A stretch of 63,654 nucleotides of DNA, the filler included, from Octopus bimaculoides (taxonomy: Eukaryota): NCBI RefSeq assembly GCF_001194135.2. It is 9 parts of 9 records of this genome, joined end to end, with 100 filler letters (N's around TTAATTAATTAA, not from the genome) between each part and the next. Parts side by side here need not be neighbours in the genome. Positions count along the whole stretch, not along the records: positions 23,460 to 42,911 come from NC_068996.1; 8 more parts are not named here. The stretch is one strand, 5' to 3'. This document shows positions 24,313 through 36,169 of the stretch, piece by piece; positions within the stretch are counted from its first letter, which is position 1, and every line of letters begins with the position of its first letter. Both the position numbers and the translations under genes were made by a program. The notes beneath the pieces are model-generated. The model was not told the DNA's origin and did no database searches. It worked only from the letters and a program-made list of their open reading frames with translations.

Positions 24313-24666
24313 CATATATACGACGGGCTTCTTTCAGTATCCGTCTACCAAATCCACTCACAAAGCTTTGGTCGGCCCGAGGCTATAGCAGAAGACACTT
24401 GCCCAAGGTGCCACGCAGTGGGATTGAACCCGGAACCATATGGTTCGTAAGCAAGCTACTTACCACACAGCCACTCATATATATAATATGGAAACGTCGT
24501 AATAAAAATTAGTGCTGGCTATAATTTCTATAAAATATCTGTAGAGATAACCTTAACAAGTAATATAAAAGCGCACTGCTAACGCAGTAGAACGTGGTGT
24601 TGACTTACAAAATCGTTTACTATACTTAATAGTATATTACGATTGCATAACGAAATACCGCGTACC
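23892..24666. repeat. ~180-bp-arm foldback element with a SINE inserted at its centre
   Basis: 23892-24072 (GGTACGCGGTATTT...CCAGCACTGATTTTTGTTACGACGTTTCCATAT) is an imperfect reverse complement of 24486-24666 (ATATGGAAACGTCGTAATAAAAATTAGTGCTGG...AAATACCGCGTACC). Confidence 0.9.
24075..24476 (-). mobile_element. SINE family A, full length
   Basis: Minus-strand head GAGTGGCTGTGTGGTAAGTAGCTTGCTTACGAACCATATGGTTCCGGGTTCAATCCC (A and B boxes), internal microsatellite, 3' end ...GACTGAAGCAAGTAAAAGAGTA. Confidence 0.92.
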
Positions 24667-24789
24667 AACAAATCATTAGCATTTATGTACCAGCTTCCAG
24701 GAATGTGTTTAATATGTAAAGATGGTATATCTAATAACCATGCACTGCTATATATTTAGTGGCTATTTAAGCAATGAGTTCATGGATGA

Positions 24790-26730
24790 TTAAGGGGTTA
24801 GACGGGTGCTGTACTATTAAATTTATTATTGTACTGTTGAATTTATTATTTATAGGACTGTCAATAACAATAGAAAATGTGCATAGAGCTGCTAATTACT
24901 TAGATGTTACACTTGATGTTTACAAAAGAATTTATAAACTTTATCCCAAACCTAATGAAAACATAAAACATACAAACATTGGTAGTAATCACCCCCAAAT
25001 CAGTAACAAACTCACTCATAATGAACATTACGACGAGAATATCCAATTCATCGGCTAATGAAGACTACTGTAACTTGGCACTTAAGAAAGCCGGATATAA
25101 AGTTTGATATAATAAATAATGAATATGATACAAATAATAAATTTAACAGTACAAAACCGAAAGTCTAGTACTATAAATAGATCTATAAGTAAAGAAAACA
25201 GCAACAGAATATTAAAGTTAAATGTAAAACTTAATAAAACAATGAAAGTAGGGAACTTTTAATCGGGAAAGTACTTCAATAAACTATAATAAGAATTCGA
25301 ACAAAAGGGAAGATATAAGAATGTATATAACCAAGTTAAAACTTCTGGAACTGGTAACAAGTATAAAGATAAAATAATCTTTCATAAAAACTTAAACTCT
25401 TTCAAGATAAAAACAACAAAAGAATTAAATGATAATATAAACACTAGTCTAAATAAGAATCGAAATGTAAAAATGCTTACTCCTTCAAGAAACTGGTATA
25501 AATATCAAGATTACGATTGTAACTATAACTCGAAGAATACTTTGTGGTTAATTATCCCAATTAGTATGCAAATAAATTATAATTTTTCCAAATTGTTCAA
25601 TGAAGCAATAGAAAAATACTTTCCTAAAACTCATACGTATCATGAAATTTTTAACAAACACAAAACCCGTTTGGTTTATTTTAATAATAGAAACATTGCA
25701 CAAATAATAGCAGCTCCCAACGAAAACATAATCTCGAAAATTCAAAAAAGCTATTCTAATCAGGTTGGGAAAGTGAATATTGAGAATAATAATAGCGATA
25801 TAAATAATGTCGAACTTAATACAAAGACTCAAATAGAAAGAAACGCTGCAAATATAACCGTCGCGGAAAGAGAAACAATCCAGTTTAATCAAATAAATGA
25901 TGTCGAATCGAATAAAAATTCCGCTAGAAAGAGAAGTAATATAACGTTACTATATGAAAGTGTAAGTTATAATAAAGAATTTTGGAAAAACGAATTCGGT
26001 TTTATCCTTAACAATCAAATTAATAAGAAATCTGAGTGAAATATGCAAAATAATCTCTGCAATTGATCAAAGCAAAACTCGTATTCTGTCAATAATAAAT
26101 GCAAAACAAAAATGTAGTATATAGATGTAAAGTTACATCAGAAGGAACTCAATACTTTTACATCGGTGCAGCTTCACTTATTTAAAAAAAAAGACTTGGC
26201 TACTCATTTAAGTTCGTTTAGAGATAGAAATAAAAAATTCCAAACAAGTATAATTAAATTAATCTTGTTTATCAAATATAGAAATAAGGATTATACTATC
26301 AACTAGTAATTACTTAGTACCGCTAAACCATATAGACCAAGAAAAAATAAATGTGACTTATGCATAGAATAATTTTACCATATTTTTACATCATTCTAGG
26401 CAAGAACAAGCTTTAAGATACTTGCATATAAAAATGAACCTTCAGACAATAAATAATCAAAAGAAATATTTTGAAATAATTGACTATATGAAACAAACAA
26501 GAGATTATTCAATCAATACTTGGAATTCAAATTAAAGTTCGAGTCGGAATTAACGCTGAACACCATGTCATTTAACACAGTACTAAAATTAACATAAAAC
26601 TCTAATCAGTTCAATCTGAAAGAATATTACAGTGAAAACTCTCAATAAATACACTGGTATTATAGCAAAGCTGAAATTGCAACAATTACTAACCGATGTA
26701 GTGGAAACATATGTAGGTCAATAATAACCT
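24790..26730 (+). mobile_element. Decayed Penelope-like element (RT C-terminus, linker, GIY-YIG region, 3' end)
   Basis: AANYLDVTLDVYKRIYKLYPKPNENIKHTNIGSNHP (cf. VNFLDVT.....Y.PY.KPN.......SNHP); AIEKYFPKTHTYHEIFNKHKTRLVYFNNRNIAQII (cf. KHFPK.H.YHKIFNRNT.KLSY); decayed C...KC..VYRCKVT...FYIGA and PYRPRKNKCDLC of the GIY-YIG domain. Confidence 0.8.
26690..26720 (+). ncRNA. Degenerate minimal hammerhead-like motif at the 3' end of the PLE
   Basis: TAACC-GATGTA-GTG-GAAA-CATATGT-A-GGTCA: GAAA, palindromic stem III (ACATATGT), GUA triplet and partial stem I are present, but the CUGANGA box is damaged. Confidence 0.35.
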
Positions 26731-27477
26731 GTATTTAAATCAAAATGTAAATTAAAATTCATGAAATGCTACTTCACCATACTCATTATTATTTATATTA
26801 AAAACTCCAGGAAATCTATATGGTTAAAGGTTATCTATTTGAATTCTTATCTAATTGGAATTATAATAGAATTTATATACAAACCGTTGAGATTGACAAA
26901 TTATGTATGTATGTATGTATGTATGTATGTATGTATGTATGTATGTATGTATGTATGCATGTCTGCTNNNNNNNNNNNNNNNNNNNNNNNNNNNNNNNNN
27001 NNNNNNNNNNNNNNNNNNNNNNNNNNNNNNNNNNNNNNNNNNNNNNNNNNNNNNNNNNNNNNNNNNNNNNNNNNNNNNNNNNNNNNNNNNNNNNNNNNNN
27101 NNNNNNNNNNNNNNNNNNNNNNNNNNNNNNNNNNNNNNNNNNNNNNNNNNNNNNNNNNNNNNNNNNNNNNNNNNNNNNNNNNNNNNNNNNNNNNNNNNNN
27201 NNNNNNNNNNNNNNNNNNNNNNNNNNNNNNNNNNNNNNNNNNNNNNNNNNNNNNNNNNNNNNNNNNNNNNNNNNNNNNNNNNNNNNNNNNNNNNNNNNNN
27301 NNNNNNNNNNNNNNNNNNNNNNNNNNNNNNNNNNNNNNNNNNNNNNNNNNNNNNNNNNNNNNNNNNNNNNNNNNNNNNNNNNNNNNNNNNNNNNNNNNNN
27401 NNNNNNNNNNNNNNNNNNNNNNNNNNNNNNNNNNNNNNNNNNNNNNNNNNNNNNNNNNNNNNNNNNNNNNNNNNNNN

Positions 27478-27715
27478 TTGAGAGAGCACGTATCCAGCAT
27501 GAAGAACTTAAGTGAGCTGCGCGAAAGTGCACGGCTCATATAGTGAATGGGGAAAGCTTAATCTACAATGTTTGCAGTCGTGTATGCTTGTCAAGAGCAG
27601 AGCTCATTAGCCACCAACGGAGCCGCAAATGCAAAATATAAGTTAGTCCTAGAGCGCACAATGTTCCCGAAGGTCAGCAATGGTCTTCCTCGGTCACGAG
27701 TGGACGGCCATCATG
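27478..27715 (+). mobile_element. 3' end of an RTE-clade LINE
   Basis: ERARIQHEELK*AARKCTAHIVNGESLIYNVCSRVCLSRAELISHQRSRKCKI* is the C-terminal zinc-finger-like tail typical of RTE ORFs. The short 3' UTR ends GGTCTTCCTCGGTCACGAGTGGACGGCCATC + (ATGT)n. Confidence 0.75.
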
Positions 27716-27784
27716 TATGTATGTATGTATGTGTGTATGTATGTATGTATGTATGTATGTATGTATGTATGTATGTATGTATGC

Positions 27785-30478
27785 ATGTCTGCTCTATATT
27801 TCTAATTAATAAATCTTCCACTGAGGAGGGAGCCCGTTTCCAACAAAGATAAAAGGCTCCATCTTTGGGATGTAGTTAACACAGACAAATTCACATTAGG
27901 AACTTGAGAAAAGTCTTGCATATTTTTACTCTCCCTCTCACAGATTGCGCTTGTAATGTACGAATTAATCGGTCGATTTCTCTTTCTGAAATCCCAGTTT
28001 ATCCAAATTCTCCTTTAAGCGTTTACTAACAAAATGAATATGAATTCATAGTCTGAATTCAGCAGCTGAAGGTCTCGAAGCAGTTGTCCATAGATATACT
28101 CTTTTTCTTTGATTTTCAAAGAGATATTTATATCTGCAAAGTAGCTGACCTCTATGATAGTACATTCTTTTCCCCCTTTATCTTAAACAATATCCGGCCT
28201 GTTATATTTACATTTCACAGATGTTTTGAAGGGAATCTTCCACCAGTATTCCTTAAGTTGGTGTTTATGAATGTATTCCATAACAGAGGGATTTTCTAAG
28301 TTTATTTCAGGACTGTCTTTTTTGCGGATGGCATTGTAAATTGTTTTAGCAACAAAATCATGTCGCATCGGGAGGTAGTGCCGTGACGACATTTAAGGCA
28401 GATGCTAATCATTTGCGTGATGTCTATTACAGAAACATGACATAGCCTACACATGCGGTTGCACCTTGGGATTACAAGAGCGTCACTGTCTCTCTTCTTC
28501 ACCACGTACTTTGTGGCAATCTCCTGTTCCTGGATTACAAGCACATAGCCTTCAAAGTGTGATGTGATGTAGTGGTCTTGTGTCCAAGAGAGGCTGCGCT
28601 TCGTATCGATTCTGCTGTCTTCTTCAAGCTTCCATGCATTTTTTTTTTGTATGCTGAGTGCTTTCCATCCAGGTCTTCTCTGAGGTAAGAGAGCCCAGCT
28701 GTTTTGGGGTTGTATAGGTCATCATCAAGAGAGTGCTTCTTGAGGAGCTCACTGCCAGCTCCTGCAATGTTTTTCATTTCCCTTTTCAGGACTGCATTAA
28801 TATATTTATTTTTGATGCTGCCTGGGTGATACCATACGGCGTTCGAAGGCCGTTTGCAATGATCTCAGGCTTCTACCACCTTAATTTCTTCTTAGGTAGA
28901 TAGTGTCAACATCACTGCTCCTGTGGAAGTTCCCAGTTGTTAGGATTTTTGCGTGTTTTCATATCTATGGAGTGGATTTCCTCTACAGACCAATAAAGTA
29001 TCCCAAATGTTGGAATCAGCACTAGTACTGCAAATGCATTGTGGGATATTGCTTTGTTGTAAGAGGAGAGTTCTGACTGTCATATCTTCCTAAGTCTGGT
29101 GTAATATTCTCGGGTCACTCTATCTTTATTCACAGTGCCTTCATATGATACATTTTCTTTGTATGGAATGGTAGAGATAGAGAGACCGTTGATGCACAGG
29201 TTTTGGGTTTGGGGAACTGACTTTCCTTGTTCTATAACGTTCAAATATGAACATTTCTTTTAGCCGAATTCCATGCCTGTTAGTGTTGTTATTAATTCCA
29301 GTTGTTTTGTGGCATTGTTAACATTTTTAGCATAAATCTTCAGGTCGTCTGCAAAGGAATTATGAGTTACATTGATATTTCTAGCAGTTGAAGATCCTAG
29401 TATGTAACCGTTTGTTTTCTGCAGTAGGAACGATAAGGGATTCAGTGCCAAAATGAAATGAAGTACAGAAAGGCTATCTCCTTGGAATATTCCCTTTGAA
29501 ATGCCTTTATTATCTGAAACAATTATTATGTTCTCAGTTGGAAGGGTGAGAATTGTTGTCCATGTCTTTGTGAGTCTCGTTATGAAGGTAGTAGATGTAA
29601 GCACTTCAACAGCTATGAATGAGGGAGAATACCTTCCTATAGTTGAGCCATACTGTCATAAGATTTCTACGTTGTTTTCTTACTTCAGACAGTACAGCTT
29701 TTTTAATTAAAACTTATTCGGCCGTCATCTCCACACTACCTTCTTTCCACCAGCCTGTTCACCAGTCACAATGTTGTTCGACTCACAATGGTGCTGGAAG
29801 AATTGATTGAGGCAACTTGTGTACAGTTTGTACATAATGTTTAGGCAAGCAATGGGCCTGTAGCTTCCTGCCATCTCGGTGATTTCATTTTTGGCAACAA
29901 GATTTGTCCTTGCTGTAGCAGGCCAATTTGGTATACCAGTCTGACCTTCCATAGTCCTTTTAAACATACATATCAACTGGCTTCTATAAAATGTCAGCTA
30001 CTTGTACCAATATCCATTTACTAGGTTCCTTCCTGGTGCCTTCCTATTCTGCAGTTTGCCTACTGCTATAACAAAGGTTACTGCATCAATTTTGTAGGTT
30101 TTACAGTTAGTGTTGGTACAGTATTCTCTCTCCGTTGTATTTAACCCCTCTTTTCGTTCCAAATTTTTGACCAGAATGATTGTAGATCTTCTTGGGAAGG
30201 AACTTTCTTAATGGTAATATTTTCCTTCCTCATCTCTCAGTATAATGCTTGTGGATTGGAAGCAAACTTGCGATTGACACTGGCTCGTTCAAAAATTCGC
30301 ATGCAATGGCGGAGTTTCTCGCTCATCGTCCTAAGATCATGTGTTAAAGTGATTAGCTTTCTCTCAAGAGTTCGGTGGGAAGAGTTGCCATAAAGTTTCG
30401 TTAATTTTTGTCTGAGGTAGAGTTGGTGAGGTGTAAACTTATTGTTCTCCTTACATTTTATTGTTGTAGTTAACCATC
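27785..30478 (-). mobile_element. R4/Dong-clade (RLE) LINE, ~2.7 kb, frameshifted pseudogene
   Basis: Minus-strand fragments SYRPIACLNIMYKLYTSCL...EQAGGKK; KGIFQGDSLSVLHFILALNPLSFLL...THNSFADDLKIYAK; IQEQEIATKY...CRLCH...DITQMIS.C (CCHC); YLPMRHDFVAK...KCKYNRPDIV (RLE); ...VKICKTFLKFLM*. The 3' end abuts (CATA)n. Confidence 0.9.
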
Positions 30479-30900
30479 CGATGGCCGTCCACTCGTGACT
30501 GAAGAAGACCTTCAGGAACATTGTGCGCTCTAGGATATAGAAAAATAAAAAGCAGCACATATCGAGCAGAGGTCAGCAATGTCTGTGCAGGGTTTTAGGT
30601 CCAATAAGACTTGCCCGACACCTCATAGACCCTGTCCACTTTATTGACATTATCCAGAGATAAGCCAGAGCAAGATGTCTTGTGCCAATGAGTCGCAGTC
30701 TCAGGGATGTGGGAGCGCCATGATCTCTAGCACAAACCAAAGGTCCCCAAAATGTCCAATGCCATTCCCTGCATATCTGGTTTCATATCAGTGACCTTCT
30801 CCTAGAGACATGCTCTAACAGAAGCTGAGGAGTACCTCCATTCCAGTGGTCTTCCAGTACGCCGGACACCGTCCCGGAATTTCTGTGTACCCGTGCTATT
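30479..30900 (-). mobile_element. RTE-type LINE 3' fragment (firm for 30479-30535, tentative beyond)
   Basis: 30479-30535 is an inverted copy of the RTE 3' terminus at 27647-27712 (GATGGCCGTCCACTCGTGAC.GA.GAAGACC...GAACATTGTGCGCTCTAGGA). Upstream GVRRTGRPLEWRY resembles the RTE G.R..GRP..RY motif. Confidence 0.55.
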
Positions 30901-31048
30901 GCTAGATAGCCATTGAGCCTGCACTAGGTTCATCTGACCTTTCAACAGGTCTTGTTTTTTTTTTATTCTCCTGAGTTTCCAGCAACCCTCCTCACCAGGG
31001 TAGCCTGGTGGGGGTACCGGTTTAGTCTCTGACAACCCGATCATGCAA

Positions 31049-31088
<40 letters not shown>

Positions 31089-31089
31089 A

Positions 31090-33765
31090 AATGTAACAGA
31101 GAGAACAATTTCTCATTACATCAGGAAGACCTCAGAAAAAAAAACTGGAAATGCGATTTGGTGATACTGAATTCAAAAACCTAAACTCCAAACTGCACCA
31201 GCTGAAACAACCACTCACAGCTAGTGTTGAAAAACTAAAGTACAGATCTACAATATATAAACGGCAAATGCTAAATAAATTATTTTCCAGAGATCCCAAG
31301 TCAGTTTATCACTGTTTAAGTGCGAAAGGCTCAGTCTCTGTGAAAGACACTCCAATAAAAGATCAGGTTGATGGCTACTGGAGATCTGTATGGGAAAAAA
31401 ATGATGCATTCAACAAACAAACTGTATGACTAAAAGACATGTTCAGCAAAAGCAATATGAAACAAATGGCGAAATACAGGAAACAGTTCAACAGAAAATG
31501 TCAAACAAGAAATCCCCAGGCCCAGACCTTATAACAGGCCATTGACTAAAGAATTTCCCCATTTATCGGCGGGATCCCATAGCGGAGAAATTATAAAGGG
31601 CACGGAACAACTGCCACAAATGTTATCAACTGCAACTACTTTCCTCATCCCATGGGTAACCAAACCACTCTCGTTAAAAAATTACCGCCTAATAATCTGC
31701 TTGAACATCGTGTACAAATTATACACTGGGTGCCTCAATCTGCTCTTGCAGAATCATTGTGCCACAAACAGCATTATAACACTTGAGCAAATTGAAGGAA
31801 AGAAGGAGGTATACAGCAGCTACTAATTAACAAAATAATCCAAGAAAAAAAACAGTGGACTACCCGAAGACTTTTATTAGTATACCACATGATTGGATTA
31901 TCAGGGCCTTACAATTAGCCAAAGTTTCACAACCACTAGTGAGTGCTATTGAATGCCTGACCAAGACTTGGTACATCATTTTCCTTCTTAGGAGTGATAA
32001 GGAGCTGAAAGAGTCGGATAGCATACTCTACCAAAATGGCATCATTCAGGTGGTAGCTTATTGATGTTGCCATTCGTCCTCTCATTAAATCCACTAACAT
32101 ACCTGCTCACTAAACAAAGTGGCCATAGCCATGGATCCAGAAGTATCTCACATCTTTTCTTTGTCGACGAACTGAAACTGTATGGACCAAATATTAACCA
32201 TATAAAAGCAATTGGATCTCATTACACAATTTCCTACAGAGATTGGAACAAAATTTGATCAGTCCAAAGTGCATTTTTGACAATAAAATGTGGAAAAGTT
32301 TTGCCCTCGTCTGAAAACCTAAAAATGAACTGCTTGACGATGCAATCCTACATTCAGGTGGCAATTATAGATATCTTGGACAATGTGTGAATGTCAGATG
32401 TGTTGGGTTCATAAAGAAAAGATTAGGAATGAATACCTCAGAAGAGTAAAGAGAATATGGTCATTAGAATTCTCAGCTTACAACAAGCATATTGCACACA
32501 GCACCTTTTCAATGCCTGTCCTCACGCCTAAGCTTGGCCTTCTGAACGGATTACCACAATAACTCAATGAGATAGATGTTTGAATCACAAGCTGCTCAGT
32601 GATAGAGGCAACTTCAACACCAATGTAAATGTAGACAGGCTACATGTCCCACATAAGAATGGCGGTCGTGGCGTCAAATCTGTATTGATGTCATTTGAAG
32701 CCCGGATTGTGACAATGAAACATCTGCAGCAGAGCAAAGCGGCCAATAACTGTCTTACTCTAGTTTGCGACTATGAAATCAGCAACCTAACCAGGATAGT
32801 TAACATGACTTGAGAAGAAGTATGAAATAAGAGCTGATCTCTCTGCAAGGAGCGTTGATAAAATCTATTTATCAGCAGAACACAGTATAAAAATTGACCA
32901 GTTCATTGAGAATATAATATATGTGTACTTAGCACGGAAAACAAGAATCAAAGATGGGATTGAGATAATGACAAGAGCTTGACATGAAGTACCAACAAGT
33001 TTACGACATCCCACTTTGAAGGATGCCTTCATGCAACTCAAGAACAAGGGATTCTCAACAAGAACTATAGCATAAGCAGCAGAAAACGTTGACAAACAAC
33101 AAACGTAGGCGGTGCAAGACCAAAACTGAAGACATCAATCACATTATTTTCAACTGTGAGAGAATGACTTCCAGATATTATCTTCCCATGAAGCATGATG
33201 CAGTGGCCAGAACGATCGGAAAGAGGATAAAAAAAAGAAAACACCTACAATGTTGATTATATCGAGACCGATGGGTTAAAAGTATATCAGCGGAGCTTAA
33301 AAATTCAAACAACCACTAAGTTAAAGCATAACCGGTCAGACATCTTTGTGCGGGACCACAACGAAAAGATATGTTCTGTTGTGGAAATCACTTGTCCTCT
33401 GGACACCAATCTGGTTAGAAAAATACAAGAGAAAAAACACATCTATGGACCATTGATAAGGAGTTTGCAAATACAGTACCCGAAATACATTTTCAGCTTC
33501 ATACCTGTCTGTTATTACTAGAGCAACACAATACATACCAACCCGTCTGGATCACAATATGACTGAACTTTGGGTCTTGGGCAGAGAATGCAAGTCTTTA
33601 ATTCATACAATACAGTTGATTACGATATGCGGGACTATAAAAATTTGAAAGATTTCTTAAGATTTACAGGATGATGGTTAAAACAAGACGCTTTTCTTCA
33701 CGACCTTGCTACCAAGTAGGTGGAGGATAACTCAAGTGGAGAAGTAGAGGAATACATACGCATAC
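31090..33765 (+). mobile_element. Second, diverged R4/Dong-clade LINE pseudogene
   Basis: KSPGPDLITGH; KNYRLIICLNIVYKLYTGCL...EQIEGKK; DYPKTFISIPHDWI; PFVLSLNPLTYLL...ISHLFFVDELKLY; VDRLHVPHKNGGRG; QEQGILNK...C..KTEDINHIIFNC...YYLPMKHDAVAR; KHNRSDIFVRD....CSVVEITCPLD. The 3' end is followed by ATACATACGCATACATACG. Confidence 0.9.
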
Positions 33766-33779
33766 ATACGCATATAAAA

Positions 33780-34110
33780 GCTAATTTGTTTTAAAAAGAA
33801 ATCAGATTTGTTTTGTTTTTCTAAAGAAAACGATTAGAATTGATTTATTGAATTAACCCATATGTAACGTATGGAAGATTCTGTGAAAGCAATTATTTGT
33901 CAATTTTTGTTGTTACCACTAAGCTAGTAGAAATGCTAGAATGTCTGAAAATTGCTCTGTAATATTTGTCCCGAATCTTTGTGTTCTGAGTTCAAGTCCC
34001 ACCGGGATGAATTTTGTCTTTCATCCCAAACAAGGAATGTAAAATAAGTAACTTCTGGGGTAAACTTGTCTTACCTCCCTCTAAAGTAAGTAAAATAAAA
34101 CCTAGGATCA
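33780..34110 (+). repeat. Old local duplication, copy 1 (unique AT-rich segment + decayed SINE B)
   Basis: Colinear with 35690-36020; shares GATTTATTGAATTAACCCATATGTAAC.TATGGAAGATTCTGT..AAGCAATTATTTGT...CCTCTAAAGTAAGTAAAATAA. Confidence 0.85.
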
Positions 34111-34763
34111 ATTGTATCGATTAATCTCCTCCTTCAAAATTGCTGCACAAATGCTCAAAAACAAAAGAAAAAATACAAGCGAAAGCAGAAGGAGATACCT
34201 ACAACCTCGGAAGAACAAGTTTCTTCAGAAAAACCTTTCTTCCCAAACCAACAACAATGCTGACACCGACACCCGCATCAAGCGACAAGACTACACTTTT
34301 CAGCATGACTTGACCAACTCACCAGGGTAGCTCCGGCAAATGTCACGGAGAAAGATGAGTGGATCGAAACATGGCAAACGATCACCAATGAAGGGAAACA
34401 AAAGAAGAGAAAAGAGCATAAATCCACCACACACAATATATTATATATATATACATATATATATNNNNNNNNNNNNNNNNNNNNNNNNNNNNNNNNNNNN
34501 NNNNNNNNNNNNNNNNNNNNNNNNNNNNNNNNNNNNNNNNNNNNNNNNNNNNNNNNNNNNNNNNNNNNNNNNNNNNNNNNNNNNNNNNNNNNNNNNNNNN
34601 NNNNNNNNNNNNNNNNNNNNNNNNNNNNNNNNNNNNNNNNNNNNNATATATATAGGAAATTAGAAGTAAAGCCCTTTGAAACACAGCAAATCGCTGAACT
34701 CGACACAAACACCAAAAGAGCATACCTGGTCTGATCAATAAGTACTGTTGCTATAGTAACGAA

Positions 34764-35512
34764 GCATGTACAGCAGAGTTCAAGGTCAATTTGTGCTAAA
34801 GCACAAATTGATCTTGAACTCTGCTGTGCATGCGCACTAAGTTTTAACGTTCTAGCTAACGTCTGCCTCTTACAGCAGTGCTTCGAAGGAACGTGGGTAG
34901 CGTGTAATCGTCACATTGACCATGACACAGTTGAGCAGAGAATTTGCATCAAATTTTGCCAAAAGCTTGGTGATACCTGCTCAGAGGCCTGCACAAAGTT
35001 TTCAAAAAGAAGATCTTGTGCAACTGAAACCCGAGTTTCTTTTTCGTAAACTGAAAACAGTTTGGGCATAAACTTAGCAGACACTCGTCTCATACCCCAA
35101 TCTTCAGTGATAATGGACTGAACTGAACCGTAACTAATCTACACATTCTCTGATAACTCAAGGATGGTGATTTGACGATTTCCCTTCACAGCTTCACGCA
35201 CAACTGCGATGTTTTTCTCAGTTCTGCTGGTTGGGGGTTTCCCAGAACGTTCATCAATATCGATATTTTTTTCGGCCGTCTTGGAAACGTCAGAACCACC
35301 CGTGCACTTGTGTGCGGCTCATTCACAACTCTACATACATTTTCTGCAACTTTGCGCAGGCCTCTGAGCAGGTATCACCAAGACAATTTTGTCATGGTCA
35401 ATGCGGCGATCACATGCTACACACCTTCCTTCCAAGTACTGCTGTAAACAGCAGAAGTGAGTTAGAACGTTAAAACTTAGTGCGCATGCACAGTAGAGTT
35501 TAAGGTCAATTT
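34764..35512. mobile_element. Rearranged mariner derivative: inverted duplication of the 5' end plus a terminal palindrome
   Basis: The minus-strand copy 35512->35000 encodes KLQKMYVE..MSRTQVHGWF.RFQDGRKNIDIDERSGKPPTSRTEKNIAVVREAVKGNRQITILELSE...SVQSIITEDWGMRRVSAKFMPKLF. 34805-35000 is an inverted copy of 35348-35512. 34764-34833 is a 34-bp-arm palindrome. Confidence 0.85.
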
Positions 35513-35689
35513 CTGTCAAGTGGCCTTACTCTGCATGCTTTAGCTTCGTTAATATAGCAACAATCTAGGTACTTATTGATCAGATTCATAATAATCCCAA
35601 AACAACAAACCCTAGAACCACCATCACCACCGCCATTATCATTAACAACAACACTTGAAAAATCTACACATACATACGTATATGAGGGC

Positions 35690-36020
35690 AAATTTACTTT
35701 TTAAAAGCAATCAATAGATTTGTTTTGTTTTTTTCCATGAAGACGATTAGAAAATGATTTATTGAATTAACCCATATGTAACATATGGAAGATTCTGTAG
35801 AAGCAATTATTTGTTAATTTGTTTTTATACTGGTAAGCTAATAGAAATGCTAGAGCGTGTGAAAATGCCCTACAATACTTGTCTCGTTCTGAGTTCAAAT
35901 CCCGCTGAGAACAACTTTGTTTTTCATCCTTACAAGGTATGTAAAAGAAATAACTGCCAGAGTAAAGTTTGCTCTTCCCTCCTCTAAAGTAAGTAAAATA
36001 AGTACTAGACTTGATAGTAT
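35690..36020 (+). repeat. Old local duplication, copy 2
   Basis: See 33780-34110; ~80% identity by eye. Confidence 0.85.
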
Positions 36021-36169
36021 CAGGCTACTGGTGTAGACGCTGTCAGATGTTTATAAAACCTATCTTGATAAACTCCTGTCTGGCGTGTGGATTTTCAAGA
36101 ATATAAGACAAAAGACTATTAAAATGGACAATGTGAATGACTTCTTTTCTAGTTTTCCTATAATCATGA

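Noticed and set aside
25473-26039. 188-aa ORF as a host gene
   Set aside because: Its recognisable part is the PLE linker motif (KYFPKTHTYHEIFN); the rest is low-complexity.
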